The position numbers and the translations under genes are program-made. A DNA stretch of 64,000 nt from Octopus sinensis (lineage: Eukaryota): NCBI RefSeq assembly GCF_006345805.1, contig NC_043005.1, forward strand, positions 87,978,001 to 88,042,000, in the 5' to 3' direction. This document shows, piece by piece, positions 29,173 to 43,243 of the stretch. How positions within the stretch are numbered: position 1 is the stretch's first letter; every line of letters starts with the position of its first letter. Below the pieces are notes generated by a model, which was not told where the DNA came from, did no database searches, and saw only the letters and a program-made list of their open reading frames with translations.

Positions 29173-29213
<41 letters not shown>

Positions 29214-29352
29214 TGGAAAAGAGTGACAGACATATTTATCTCTCTATATTACAATATTACGCAGTCAATTGTTTGATGTTTGCTGATCAGAGGTACATAT
29301 TATTGACTGATAAAATTTTTATAGACCATTCAGACACAAACTTGCGCACGCG

Positions 29353-29391
<39 letters not shown>

Positions 29392-29814
29392 CACACACAC
29401 ACACACACACACACATACGCTAACACGGACACGCCACCGCCGCCAGTACTGCACCATCACCACTGTCACCACCCGTAGTTGTTGCTCTATCTTGAAGCTT
29501 TCTACAATAAAGTATATAGTCAAAACTCTATGTGGACGCACAACTTGCAGGAAATAGCAGCTAAACTTCGCTCCAGTCACTGCTGCCTTCAGAAAGTAAT
29601 ATTTAATAAAAGCATTCTAAAGGATTCATGAGATGCGATGGTCATTGCTAGAGTGGCTTTTAGTCATAACTAACTTGAAACAGCTAAAATTTAAAATAAT
29701 GAGGCGCAAGTGGAGTTGTGGAGTAAGACGTCTGCTCCGCAGCCGCATAATTCCAGGCGAGTCACGTTAGGCAAGTTCCTTCAACAATATAATATTATAT
29801 ATATATATATTATA

Positions 29815-29865
<51 letters not shown>

Positions 29866-29872
29866 ATATATA

Positions 29873-30035
29873 AGCGCAGGAGTGGCTGTGTAGTAAGTAG
29901 CTTGCTTACCAACCATATGGTTCCGGGTTCGGCCCCACTGCGTGGAACCTTAAGCAAGTGTTTTCTACTATAGCCTCGAGCCGACCAAAGCGTTGTGAGT
30001 GGATTTGGTAGACGGAAACTGAAAGAAGCTCGTCG
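29873..30035 (+). mobile_element. SINE family b, 5' half
   Basis: gcgcaggagtggctgtgtagtaag...ggatttggtagacggaaactgaaagaag. Confidence 0.9.
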
Positions 30036-30449
30036 TATATATGTATATATGTCAAAAAACGAATAACGTGGTACATGTATGGTATTAGTAGACGCTCAGG
30101 GAAGGAAAGGAAGGTGGTTTAATGTTTCCAGCAGACGCACTTCTTCAAAAAGAGAGGAAAGTCCAATAGAAATGGAAGACAAACGAAAAAAAATCACCAA
30201 AGATTATATATATATATTTGATGAGTGTGTATGTATGTGTATAGACTCGATATTTTGAATGTTCAATTTTAAATACTGTTGGATTTTACTCATAAAGTAT
30301 GGGAATCTTACATGTAAACCATTTTGCCTAAAAAATGGACCTACAAGTTCAATATCCCTACATATCTCACATCTATTTTCTTTCCTCCACCTCACTCTCT
30401 ATTTTGTATCCTACCTAAATTAACTATGACTTAACTATCCTCTCACACT

Positions 30450-30497
30450 GTCTCCGATGAAGGGATATAATGATTATCCTGGAAACAGCTGTAAGAC
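30450..30497 (+). ncRNA. Type I hammerhead variant (core CCGAUGA) in a PLE-type fragment (~30230-30560)
   Basis: GUCU-CCGAUGA-A-GGGAUA-uaaugau-UAUCCU-G-GAAA-CAGCUG-UA/AGAC; stem I GUCU/AGAC, palindromic stem III ACAGCUGU. Confidence 0.7.
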
Positions 30498-30631
30498 CTA
30501 TCTATAAATGTTCTAAAATCTACTCAGCCTTGGTTTTTTTTATCTCATTACGAAAAAAATTTATATATATATAGACATATATGTATATACACACATTATA
30601 TGTATGTATATGTTATATATATATATATTTA

Positions 30632-30671
<40 letters not shown>

Positions 30672-30846
30672 CATAATATATATATATATTTATTTATTTA
30701 TATATATATATATTTATATTTATATACATATATATATGTATGTATATCATTAAAATCCTTTAAAATGTTTAAGCACGAAGGCCGCGGCCATGCTGGGGCA
30801 CCACTATATATGTATATTTATTTATATTTATATTATTTTATATATA

Positions 30847-30887
<41 letters not shown>

Positions 30888-32041
30888 ATATATATATGTC
30901 CTTATATCTAAATATATATGTAAGTATATATATATACACACATAACGTGCATACACTCATGCCGTCATACATGGTATATATACACCTTCATACACACATA
31001 GATACGTATACGCATGCATACACAGACACATACATACATCCATACATACGCACACATACAGACACACATAAACACATCCACACACACATACATAAATACA
31101 TACATACACACATACATACATATATACACACACATACATACATACACATACATGATACACACACACATACATACGCACACACACACACACATAAACACAC
31201 ACACATACATACATGCACATTGATATCACACAGAACATTCCCATTGATAACCAATGTCCACCAAAGCCATTTTCTGTCTGTCAAATAAAGATAAACATTA
31301 TCACACATTATGATAATACCACTATTATGATAATAATAACTATATTTTACTGTTGGAACCGTTCTCTTTTCTTGTATTCTATCAATGCTGCATTATTTGG
31401 CGTTATTTTGCCAACTCAGAGAAAACAGAAAGACATAAAAAAAAAACTGGAATAAAATGGGGGAAAATTTTATAAATAAACTAAAAACGGTGCAAAAGAA
31501 ATTCTGTAGTTTATTGAGAGATTAAAATATTTTAGTTGGAAAATAGTGTTGTTGTTGTTGTTGTTCGTAATTGTGATGATGATGAGGAGGAGGGGGAGGA
31601 GGAGGGGAGGAGGAGGATGGTGGTGGTAGTGGTGGTGGTGGTAGTGGTGATGATGATGATGGTGGTGTTAATGAGGAGGATGAGGAGGATTTTGATGATG
31701 ATGATGATGATGATTTTTATTGTTTATTATTGTTTTTTTGTTTGTGAGCGTGTGTGTGTATACGAATACATATGTATATGTATAAATACATATACAAGCA
31801 TACATATATATACATGCATATACATATATATGTACCTATATATTCATACATACATTTATATCTATATAAATATATATGTATACATATATATATATACACA
31901 CATATATATACATATATATATATACATATGTACATACATATATATATCTATTTATGCATGTAGATATATATATATACATATTATATATATATATATTATA
32001 TATATAATATATATAATATATATATTATATATATATATACA

Positions 32042-32090
<49 letters not shown>

Positions 32091-32690
32091 GTATGTGTAT
32101 GTATGTATGTATTATATCCAATTTTGTGCATAGGTCTCGAGAAAGGAAAAGAAATGTTTTAATTCGGTTTTTTTTTTTTTCTAAATATCAAACATAAACA
32201 AATATATTTGTACAAAAAGAAACAGCTAGCACCTGTATATGATCAACAATAACACAAACAACATAAGCAAAACCTCGAAATATGTGGGAAGTCGATGAAG
32301 AACGCAGCGTATTAAAGCTTATCTTCAAACTCTCCTTAGCACATAATGGCGGCGGCGGAGACAAAGAGGTACTTTTTTTGTCTTTTTCTTTTCCGGTTTT
32401 TTTTATTTTTTGGCTCGATACGATATTGAGTGTGGTGTTGATAGACAGGGAAGATGGTGGGGGGAGTGGTTGGTAGAGAAGTTGAACATTCAAGACGAGG
32501 TAGTGGAGAAGAGAAAGAAGAAGGAGAGGAGGAGGAGGAGGAGGGGAGAATGTTCAAGAGAAGTGGGGTGCGGTGTGTGTCCTTTATCTTTGTGGAAAAT
32601 CATTAAAGTAAAATTTATGTCTATATTTTCTTCCATGTCTTTTTTAATGCTAAGTGTTTGTCTGGCGTTGATGTTCGAGTAGACAGCAGT

Positions 32691-32742
<52 letters not shown>

Positions 32743-33199
32743 TGTAGTAGTAGTAATTTTATGTAGAATGGGGAGACGGGGACATGAGGATGAGTATGAC
32801 GGTGAGGAAAATGAAGCGGATGAGGAGTATAAGACGGATGAGGAGGAGAGGAATGTTTTTGTTGTTGTGGTGGTCGTCGTCGTCGTCGTCATCGTAGTCG
32901 TAGTCGTATCGGCGGCAGCAGCAGCAGTAGCAGCGGCAGCGGTAGCGGCGGCAGCAGCAGCGGCAGCAACGGCAGCAGCGGCAGCAGTTGACTTTGGCTT
33001 GAATAGTTCTTCGAAGGGCTTCGAACAAAAGACCTTGCAGAATATAATGACATCTCGCGTCTATTACGATACGCGATCAAATCTGACTGAGCCAGATTCT
33101 AAGTTTCAGCCCTTCATGGTCAATGAAACAACTTTCAGGCCCGTGACTGAACCGATTGTACCCGGCCATTAGAGTTTATGTGAGCCTGTGCATTTTTAA

Positions 33200-33774
33200 T
33201 TTTGTGACCTTGTCAGTAACAGTTAGAAATTGGGGATTATTGAAAGCAGAGGAAAAAGGAAGAAGGAAAGAAGTACAAAAACGACATGAAGAAGAATTAC
33301 GCAAGAAGGGACTTCACAATCAATCCCATGCAGCCACAACAGAAGTTGCTGGTGAAAATAGGTGGGATTGGTTGGAGAAAGAACACTGAAAAAAGAAACT
33401 GGGAGTACTGTACTGGCGGCGCAAGACAAGCTTTGGCCACGAATTGGAAGGTCAACCTTACGAATGAGCAAGTGTCTCTGCTGTGCCGCATCTGTGATAA
33501 GGTGGACGAAATCATTGCCTATATCATGAGCGAATGGCCTAGGCTTGCTCGAAACCACTACAAGTTGTGGCGACACGATAAGGTAGTTAAAATGTTACAT
33601 TGGAAACTGTGCGAAAAGTGGGGGCTAGAGAGAGAGCCAAGACGTGGTATGAACACAAACCGCATAGAGTGGTGGAGTCAGAGTCTTGCAAAATCCTCTG
33701 GGATTTCCAAATCCAAACAAATCGGATGCTAGAGCTTAACAGACCGGATTTAGTGGTGGTTGACAAGGTGCACC

Positions 33775-33826
<52 letters not shown>

Positions 33827-33890
33827 CTATATAGCTGACGTTGCATGCCCCTTTGACCCACGAATAGTTAAGAAGGAGGCGAAAAGATAG
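33200..33890 (+). pseudogene. 5'-truncated R4/Dong-like element (zinc knuckle and RLE), frameshifted
   Basis: AAQDQALATNW across a frameshift, [56 protein letters not shown] (TA)n tract sits inside the RLE and the 3' end is lost at a (GATA)n tract. Confidence 0.9.
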
Positions 33891-33914
33891 ATAGATAGAT
33901 AGATAGATAGAGAT

Positions 33915-34044
33915 AGATATGTTCCTTTATTAGCCACACAGGGCTGCACACAGACGGGACAAATTACAAGGTAGAGCTTTTCTTTTTGGGGATTAAAAAA
34001 GGGGGTCTGGTTTTCGAGATAGATAGATAGACAGATAGATAAAT

Positions 34045-34091
<47 letters not shown>

Positions 34092-34445
34092 TAGATAGAT
34101 AGATAAATAGATAGACAGATAGACAGATAGATAGATATGTTTCTTTACTAGCCACACAGGCCTGGACACAGACGGGACAAATTATAAATTAGAGCTTTTC
34201 TTTTGGGGGAGAAAAAAAGTTGGGTAAGTTTTCGATCAAAAGGGATCGTAGAAAGGAAAAAAAAGAAAAGAAAAAAGGAAAGAAAAATAGAAAAAACGAT
34301 CAATAGGGATCGTGTATAACAGAAACGTCATGATGTAAAGTGTAAAGGGGGAAACAGATAAGGTTTATCCATGGAAAGAAAAGCCTACGGAAAAGACTAC
34401 GGTAACCTCGGTCATTAATGTCACATGTTAATACATTTATTTGCA
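33915..34445 (-). mobile_element. LINE 3' UTR (possibly L1/Tx1-like) with a duplicated terminal segment, in (GATA)n
   Basis: Tail ...gtcccgtctgtgtgcagccctgtgtggctaataaaggaacata(tcta)n occurs twice (~33915 and ~34133); T-rich 3' UTR. Clade is a guess. Confidence 0.5.
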
Positions 34446-34480
34446 AGTAGATAGATAAATAGATAGATAGATAGATAGAT

Positions 34481-34515
<35 letters not shown>

Positions 34516-34984
34516 TGAATGTCTTCTGGGGCTAAAACAATAGTAACACCGTCTTCTATAAGACCGCCACATTTAGTTCCCAAATACATGAATAAACGGA
34601 CAGGGATAAATAGACAGATAAATAAATAAATGGATGAAAAAGTTCAAAATTTAAAATTGGAGGAGGAGGTGAACTTTCAGCCCTTTATTAAACTTTATAA
34701 CATTAATCATTAAATGTTCGTTTCTCATTAAAGTTCGTTTCTCATAAAATGGTGTATTTAATTTACATTAAATTCTTATTTACACAAGTAAAACGCAAAT
34801 TCTCTTCATTTTAATGTTTTCGTCTGGATTTAGTTTCAATTTGCATATGCTCGTCAATTCGCTACGATCTCTTTCAAGTAAGCAAAATCAAAAATTTTAA
34901 TTTGGGCGAGGGCGGCTAAATATAAAAATTTTTTTTTGCATATTCGTAATCTACGACATCTAAAACGTCGGAATTCGAAAAAAG

Positions 34985-35072
34985 TTTTTTCAAAAAAGCT
35001 GCATTTTTCAAGGAGAGGTGCGAAACTGCATTACTGCCAGCATTTGAACTCAGAACTTAAAGACAGACTGAG
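34985..35072 (-). mobile_element. SINE family a remnant
   Basis: catttgaactcagaacttaaagacagac B-box region. Confidence 0.6.
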
Positions 35073-35290
35073 TGTATTATTATTGTCATTATTATTATTA
35101 TTATTAATAGTAGTAGTAGTAGTAGTAGTAAGTAGTAGTGAAGTAGTAGTAAGTAGCAGTAGCAGGCGTAGTAGAAGTTTAGTAAGTAGTAGTAGTAGTA
35201 AGTATTAGTAGTTAGTATAGTAGTATTGTTTTGTAGTTTGTTGTTGTTGTTAATAATAAGTAACAATAATAATAATAATAATAATAATAT

Positions 35291-38200
35291 AATATTACTA
35301 TTTTCGAAACGAAATGATGTATTTTGACTCGATATCATCTCCACCTCTAACGCAACACATGTAAACATGCGTGGAACATCACGATCATCCCGACCCCAAC
35401 ACCATGTACAAAGGAACTACGAAGAAATTAAATGCCACCGATACTATTCAACCCAAGAATAACAATCGAGCGGTACGTACATTAAACTTACAACAAAAAA
35501 TGTACGAAAAACTACACGTGCGAAATAATGTGACAACAGAAATAAACGGACCGGTACCCTACGAAAATGACGACCGTCAAAATAATGGGCCGGACGTTGT
35601 ACCTCATGTCCCGCAAATAAAACCCAAAAGACGTAAATGGACACGTGAGGAATACATTTCTATCTTACACGCATACTTCACAGCAGTACTCTACCCAAAA
35701 ACTGAAAATACAACAACACATACATATAAAATATGGAAGGAAAATAATAGAGATATAGACTTGGATACAGCAATGAACCCTAATAAATTAGCTAACGTAC
35801 GAAGATACATTCTCAACACAAAAAAAATATCAGAAATAGAAATAGAACACCTAAAAGAAAGCATACACCAGGAAAATGAAGATAGAAGCCACACAACAAT
35901 GCCCAATAATATAAACACTGAAACTGTAAAACACGAAGACAAACGCAACATTCCCAACAAACACGATGTAAACAACGAAGGGGAGCCTAATGATTATTAA
36001 ATAAAAAATAAAATAATCAAAGAACTGAAAACCACAGAGCTCAAAATGGACCACCGACCATACCTCCCAAGAATCAAAATTAATGAAATAACAACACCTA
36101 TTATAAACAGCATAAACCTAGCCATCACTGAACTGATAGCCACTGAATAAAAAAAAAGTGATATCACTGAGCTAAATAACTTAATATACGCAGCAGCCAC
36201 TGCAGCCACAAAAGAAGCTGGATACTCACCCAAACCCGCCCAAACAGGAGTACCACCACCCAAACAAACCCTGTGGATAAATAACATCCAAAACAAAATT
36301 TAAAAAATTAGAAAAGACCTGTCGATTCTTAATGAAATCAGCAAACAATCAACGCTACTGAGCAACAAAAAGAGAACAAAAATACTCCGCAAATATAACA
36401 TCACAGAGAAAGATTTGCCTGAAATAAAAGAAAAGCTGAAGCAAGATATCCTTGCCAAAGCTCAAAGGATCCGCCTGTACGAGAAACGCCAACGCTTCTT
36501 TGAACAAACAAAAAGTTCAACTCCAACCCAAAAAAGTTCTACCAAGAACTGGGCAAAAATAAAATAGAAGTCACTGCAGCACCAACGGCAGGAGAATTGG
36601 AAGAATTCTGGAGAAAATATGGTCGGCGAACGAACCACCAAAAAAAAGGAGTATCAAAATAACAACTCGCATCTGAACAACTTTGGACCCCCATAACAAC
36701 TGAAGAGGTCACCCAGGCACTGCAAAGACTAAGCAACTGGAAGGCACCTGGGCATGACAAGATCCCCAACTTCTGGTTGAAATATCTAACAGGAATGCAC
36801 AAAAAGCTGGCTGAAAACTTTAACAACGTACTAGCAGAGCCAGAGACAATGCCTGAATGGCTCACGAAGGGAAAAACCATCTTAATTCCCAAATCAAATG
36901 AAACAGAAAAACCAGAAAACTACAGACCAATAACCTGCCTCCCTACTATGTTCAAGGCATTTACTGCAGTGATATCACAAAGGCTGAACAAGCACCTGGA
37001 CGAAAACAAACTGTTCCCAGAAGAGCAGAAAGGATGCCGCAAAGGCTCATATGGCTGTAAAGATCAACTAATGATTAATAAGCCATAACTGAAGACAGCC
37101 ACAGAAAGAAGAAAGGCCTCAGTATGGCCTGGATTGACTACAAAAAGGCGTTTGATAGCACCCCCCACACATGGATCCTCGAAACACTAGCCATTAACAA
37201 AGTAGCACCAACAATCATAAAATTCATAGAGCACTCTATGAATAAATGGCAAACAGTCCTACACCTCCAAACAAAAGAGGGACTCATGAAAACCAAAGAC
37301 ATCCCCATTAGAAGAGGAATATTCCAGGGAGACACGCTCTCTCCACTCCTTTTCTGCTTGGCACTGTCACCTCTATCTGATATGCTAAATAGAACTGGAT
37401 GCGGATATAAATGTTACGGCAAAACGATCAGCCACCTTTTATATATGGATGACCTAAAACTATACGCTGCAAATGACAAACAGCTGGAAACACTATTAAA
37501 GACAGTTCATGGATTTACCAAAGAAATATATATGAAATTTGGATTAGAAAAATGCGCCAAAGTAACCATGAAAAGAGGAAAACTAGTTAAGAGTAACAAC
37601 ATCACACTAGATAAAACCAATGAAATAAAAGAATTAGACCAAAGCCAAACTTACAAATACTTAGGAATCCATGAACTAGATAAGACACAACACACACAAA
37701 TGAAAGAGAAAATAAAAAAAGAATATTATAGACGAGTTAGATCAATACTAAACACAGAGCTCAATGCTAAAAACAAGATAATAGTTATAAGTTACAGCTA
37801 CAATATCCTTAACTGGACACGAAATGAACTGACCAAAATAGATAGGAAAACAAGAAAAATAATGACAGGATCTAGGATGCATCACCCAAAATCTGACATA
37901 GAAAGACTATATATACAACGTATAGAAGGTGGTAGAGGCCTTATACAGCTGGAAAACTACTATAAAATAACCACCATAGGACTGCAAAAATATCTACTTC
38001 AGAAGGAAGGAAAACTGATCCAGATAGCGGCAAAACACGAGCAAAACAAAAAACTGTTCTCAGTATTTAGGGAAGCTGACAAATACAAACAAGAAATCAT
38101 ACCACCTAATAAACATGAAGAAGAAGAAGAAGATGAAGAAACAACAAAAGCTATAAAACAAATGAAATCCAAACTAAAAATAGAACAGCAACGAACCATG

Positions 38201-38896
38201 ATAAAACGATGGCAAGAAAAGCCCCTTCATGGTAAATACTGGACTAAACTAAACGCAAAAGAAATAGACAAAGAAAAATCCCAGCAATGGTTGAGAAGAT
38301 CAGGGCTCAAAGCAGAGACAGAGAGATTTTTAATTGCAGCACAAGACCAAAGCCTCCCCACCAGAAATTACCAAAAACAGAAAAAAGATGGTATAGGCAC
38401 ACACCAGAAAAGGTCACAGAAAACGAGAAAGCAACCATACTCTGGGATATGCCGATACACACAGATAGAGAAATTAAGGCCAACAGACCAGATATAGTTG
38501 TCAGAGATCATGAAGAAGAAAAATGCTTTCTAATTGATGTATCAATACCGGCTGATGACAACGTGTCTCTAAAAGAAATGGAGAAACTCTCAAAATACAA
38601 AGACCTGGAAATGGAGGTAACTAGAATGTGGAATCTGAAAACAGAAACAATTCCTATCATAGTAGGTGCATTAGGCATGATAAAAAAATATTCAGACAAA
38701 TACATAACAAAAACACCAGGACTTACAAACACATATAACATACAGAAAATTGCACTACTAGGCACTGCACACATCCTACGCAGAACACTTTCCATACAAT
38801 AACCATCAGAGCATCACAACAAATCACAGCACATACCCAAGGCACACAGAGCTGCGCTCGGTAGTGAAGTGAAAGCACGCTATAAAAATAAAACTA

Positions 38897-38900
<4 letters not shown>
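35291..38900 (+). mobile_element. Near full-length R4/Dong-like non-LTR retrotransposon (copy A); ORF broken by stops and frameshifts
   Basis: KWTREEY N-terminal motif; RT motifs YRPITCL, QKGCRKGSYGCKDQL, AFDSTPH, GIFQGDTLSP, LYMDDLKLY; RLE RPDIVV..LIDVSIP..KLSKYKDL; 3' UTR followed by (AAT)n at ~38900-38975, with (AAT)n upstream as well. Confidence 0.96.
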
Positions 38901-38976
<76 letters not shown>

Positions 38977-39084
38977 ACTCTTCTAACATCCCTATGCCCC
39001 CTTTTACTCATACAGTCTTAAACTTATTATGGCTTAACTTACAACATCAAGTGATGATTGATATTTTCTCTTACATTTCTCTTG

Positions 39085-39440
39085 CATTTGCTGTTTGACA
39101 AGGTTTTGACGATCTTTGCCTCTTAGATTCGTCTTGTCTCCTCTGAGCAGCTACAATTAGCGTTTCGGTCTCTCGCTTCAGGTTTCTGTTTGTTAATCAT
39201 AGCCAGCGTACTTTACTTCCAGCCTTCTCGGTTTGTTGCATGACTTGGCTTTCAAGCAATTTTATTTTTTTCTATTACTTGTTTTGTTACTCTTCCTTCG
39301 ATCTTTCAGTTCTTTCACTGTTTCAGTAACATTCGGGGCATCTCTAGCTGGCAATAGTAGCCTCTCTTCACACAGCACAACATAATTTTTCAATCTTAAC
39401 ACTGTCTTCGGCGTTTAGCAATCCTGTTACGTTTCAGGCG
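39085..39440 (-). pseudogene. R4/Dong-like internal fragment on the opposite strand
   Basis: Minus-strand GLLNAEDSVKIENYVVLCEERLL and WL..NLKRETETLIVAAQ match the post-RT region. Confidence 0.7.
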
Positions 39441-39690
39441 AGTCCATTCAATCGAACAATGCGAGTATTACATCAATTTAAATATAAGGCCATCTTCAGT
39501 TGCAAAACATATGGATTTTCAAGAGACAAGATATATTAATATAATTTTTCTCAAATATTTTATCAGAGCTAGAAGATGAAAAAATTCCATGTTACCAGTA
39601 TTGCAGCAGAAATAGTCTAAGCTTACTTGGTGCTTAAGCACCTAATTCAACTGAATCTTAATTATATATATATACATATATAATATATAT

Positions 39691-39807
<117 letters not shown>

Positions 39808-39829
39808 TATATTATATATATACGTCTAT

Positions 39830-39865
<36 letters not shown>

Positions 39866-40284
39866 ATACTTCTGTGTGTGCGTGTATATATATATGTAAA
39901 TATAAATATAGTGCTGGGGTGCAGAGGGTTTATTGTGGAGCTGCAGCATATAATTAGTACTTATTGTATTAGTATCTAGAATAATGATTCCTAACTTAGC
40001 TATACGATTATATATTTTTCAAGAGATGTATATATATGATCGGATGGAACTTCGAAACTTGACAGGTATTTATTTTATCGACCATAGAAGAGTGAAACAA
40101 AAAATTCGATAGTGATGATATTTGAACGCCAGTTTCAAAAACGGCGTAATTAAAACAAAACATTGGACCCATGATCTACCAATCCTCTTATTTCAGTTCC
40201 CATAGAATTTGAACTCAAACAATAAAAATACATTTTATTCCAGATGACATGCTACCAAATCATATTACTCTCTGATATTTCTTT

Positions 40285-40920
40285 GTTCCAAGATGGTGAG
40301 CTGGCAGAATCGTTAGTATACCGGGAAAAATGCTTCGCGGCATTTCGTCTGTTTGTATGTTCTAAAATCAAATTCTGCTGAGGTCAACTTTGCCTTTCGA
40401 CCTTTAGGGATCGATAAAGTAAGTACTAGTTGAGTACTGGGGTCAATATAATTGAGTGCCCATCTCCACCCTCCGAAACTTCTAGATTTGTACCAACATC
40501 TGAAATCATTAAACCTTCTTATAACAGGCACAAAGCTTGAAGTTTGGCGGGGTGTGTTAGTTGATTATGTCGATTCCCAATGTTCAGCTGGTAGATCAAA
40601 CGCGGTGAAATTTGAACTGAGAACTTACGGCCGAAAGAAATGCCGCTAAGCATTTTGTCCGGCAAGCTAACGATTTTGCCAGCTCAACGCCCTGCCACTC
40701 TCTGATAACGAGAGTTTAAGTTTTCCAAGTGAAACTGTAGTGAAGACCAGTAGAAGTGATAGCTGGGCAATTAGCAGTAATGATAGGACGTTGTGCAGAG
40801 AGATGGCTATTTTTGCCCCGATTCTTTGAGTTCTGAGTTCGAATCCTACCCAGGTCAACTTTGCTTTTCATCACTCCGAAACGGATGATATACCTAAATG
40901 ACAGCAAAGTACAAGGGTAG
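40285..40920. mobile_element. Cluster of three family-a SINE copies (+ 40285-40530, - 40545-40690, + 40770-40920)
   Basis: Repeated gagctggcagaatcgttag heads and gtcaactttgcctttc cores. Confidence 0.85.
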
Positions 40921-41329
40921 ATTGGATTTGCTTGATCAGGACTGAACCATTACTGAAAAATAACAACAGCAGTGAGTCGTCTTATTCAGATCCTGTGCCT
41001 CCCCTTTAAAATTATTGCCTGCTATGGTTTACTTGTAAGATTAGAGTTATGACAGACTTATGTGACGTTCATAAATAGGATTGCTTTTTATCTTATTTAC
41101 TTTTCTCCATTACGATGTCGGTGGAACGGAGAAAAAAATGCGTATACATGCATATATATATATAAATATATATATATATTTGAATGTGTGTGTGTATGCA
41201 TGTATGCATGAATATATATATATATGTGTGTATATATATATATATATAAAACATGTTGAAAAATGTGTGAATTTTATAAAATAACTAACGTGTATTATAT
41301 TTTTCTTCGAAGTTTTTTAGCGCTAACAT

Positions 41330-41610
41330 CAGCAGCAGCAGCAACGGTGCAGTAGTAGTGGTGGTGGTGGTGGTGGTGGTGGTAGAAGTAGTAGTAGTAG
41401 TAGTAGTGGTGGTGGTGGTGGTGGTGGTGGTAGTAGTAGTAGCAGTATTTGTGGTGGTGGTGGTGGTAGTAGTAGTAGTGGTGGTGGTGGTCGTCGTCGT
41501 CGTCGTGGTGATGATGGTCGTGGTAGTAGTAGTAGTAGCCGTTGTTGTTGTAGAAGCATAAGGACAACAACAGCTACAAGTTGTGGTAGCAGCAGCAGCA
41601 GCCGCATCTC
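41330..41610. repeat. (GCA)n/(GTA)n/(GTG)n compound microsatellite
   Basis: Direct reading. Confidence 0.95.
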
Positions 41611-41719
41611 CTCACGTATGGTGACATTTAAAAAGTCTTCATTGAAACAGGTAAAGACATGGAGAAGCTATTTTTTTTCCCTTTCTTTCATTTTGTGTGT
41701 GTGTGTGTATGTGTGTGTA

Positions 41720-41750
<31 letters not shown>

Positions 41751-42358
41751 GTGTGGTGCTTTTATTTATTTATTTACAATAATTTTATGGTTTGTGTTTG
41801 TTTGTTTGTTTGTTTCTGTGTTGTTTTGTATTATTGGCATGAAGAAATGACAGCGGGTTTGATACGATTGCAATAAAGTTTTAAACAGGAGATAAATACA
41901 TACACGAAGAAACAAATGTAGTTAGAGGCAATTTCTGTGAACGTGAGAGAGCCAGAGAGAGGGAGAGAGCCAGAGAGAGAGAAAGAGAGAGAGAGAAAGA
42001 GCCAGAGAGAGAGATTGTGTGTGTATGTGTTGGTGTGCGAATACCTTCAGTTTTTTCTCTCGCTCCTGTCATTGGCAAACTACAGAGGTTTGTAAATATA
42101 CCTGTAGATTTTATACATAGACTAGATAGAGTTATATATATATATATATATTATATATATATATATATATATACACTCACACACCCACACACGCGTGTGT
42201 CTGTTTGTGAGTGAGTGTGTATTCGTGTATGTCTGCGTTTATGTGCGTGTGTGTACGTACGTGTGTGCATATATATATATATATTATATGTATGTATGTA
42301 TGTATGTACGTATGTGTGTATGCAAGAATGTATGTATATATGTATATATATGTATGTA

Positions 42359-42398
<40 letters not shown>

Positions 42399-42999
42399 CA
42401 TATATATATAAATATGAACAGGAAGAAAATATGCGTGATATAAAAATTGCATTAATTCCTATTTCATCCTTGTTCTGTTTTTCTTGTACATTTTTTTTCA
42501 TGTCTATGTTACTTTTATAACAATTTTCCCCGCCATTTTTTCTTCTTTTATTTCCCATCCATACGTTTTCTCGCTACATGCAACATATATACATATACAT
42601 ATATATATGTGTGTGTGTGTGTGTGTCCAAATCTTTTGACTGCTCTCCCATTTTATTTTCTATTGCCTTTTTTTTTCTTTTTCATCTTTTTATTTCGTTT
42701 GTTTGTTTGTCTTTATTTTCACCCAAAATATTATTCTGACAAACAGATATCAAATTTCTTCACACGAAATTCTTCTGTTCTACACATGCACGTCATCAGG
42801 GTCCATAAGTGTAGCCGAGATCAATTCTACTACGCTACTTGTACTAATATTACTACTACTACTATTAATGATAATCACGCTACTACAACGAATACTATCA
42901 CTAATGACGACGACGATGATGATGATGATAATGATGATGATGATGATGATGATGATGATTCTTTCTATTAAAGGCACAATGCCTGAAATTTTGGCGGAT

Positions 43000-43160
43000 T
43001 GGGATGAGCCGATTATATCAACCCCAGTGTTTAACTTATTTTATTGACTCCGAAAGAATGAAAGGCAATATCGACTCCGGTAGAATTTGAACTCAGAACA
43101 TAAAGAAGAACGGGATACTGCTAAGAATTTTGTCTGGCGTGCTAACGATTCTGCTACCTC
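43000..43160 (-). mobile_element. SINE family a
   Basis: gaatgaaaggcaatatcgactccggtagaatttgaactcagaac. Confidence 0.8.
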
Positions 43161-43170
43161 CCTTCCTTTT

Positions 43171-43242
<72 letters not shown>

Positions 43243-43243
<1 letters not shown>

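Noticed and set aside
32768-33172. 134-aa ORF with acidic, poly-V and poly-A tracts
   Set aside because: It is mostly trinucleotide repeat, and the unique tail matches no family I recognise.
39440-39510. Minus-strand CUGAAGA...GAAACGUA, with a homologous stretch at ~51590-51660
   Set aside because: Stem I does not pair and the second copy lacks the motif; it is a shared repeat fragment, not a supported ribozyme.
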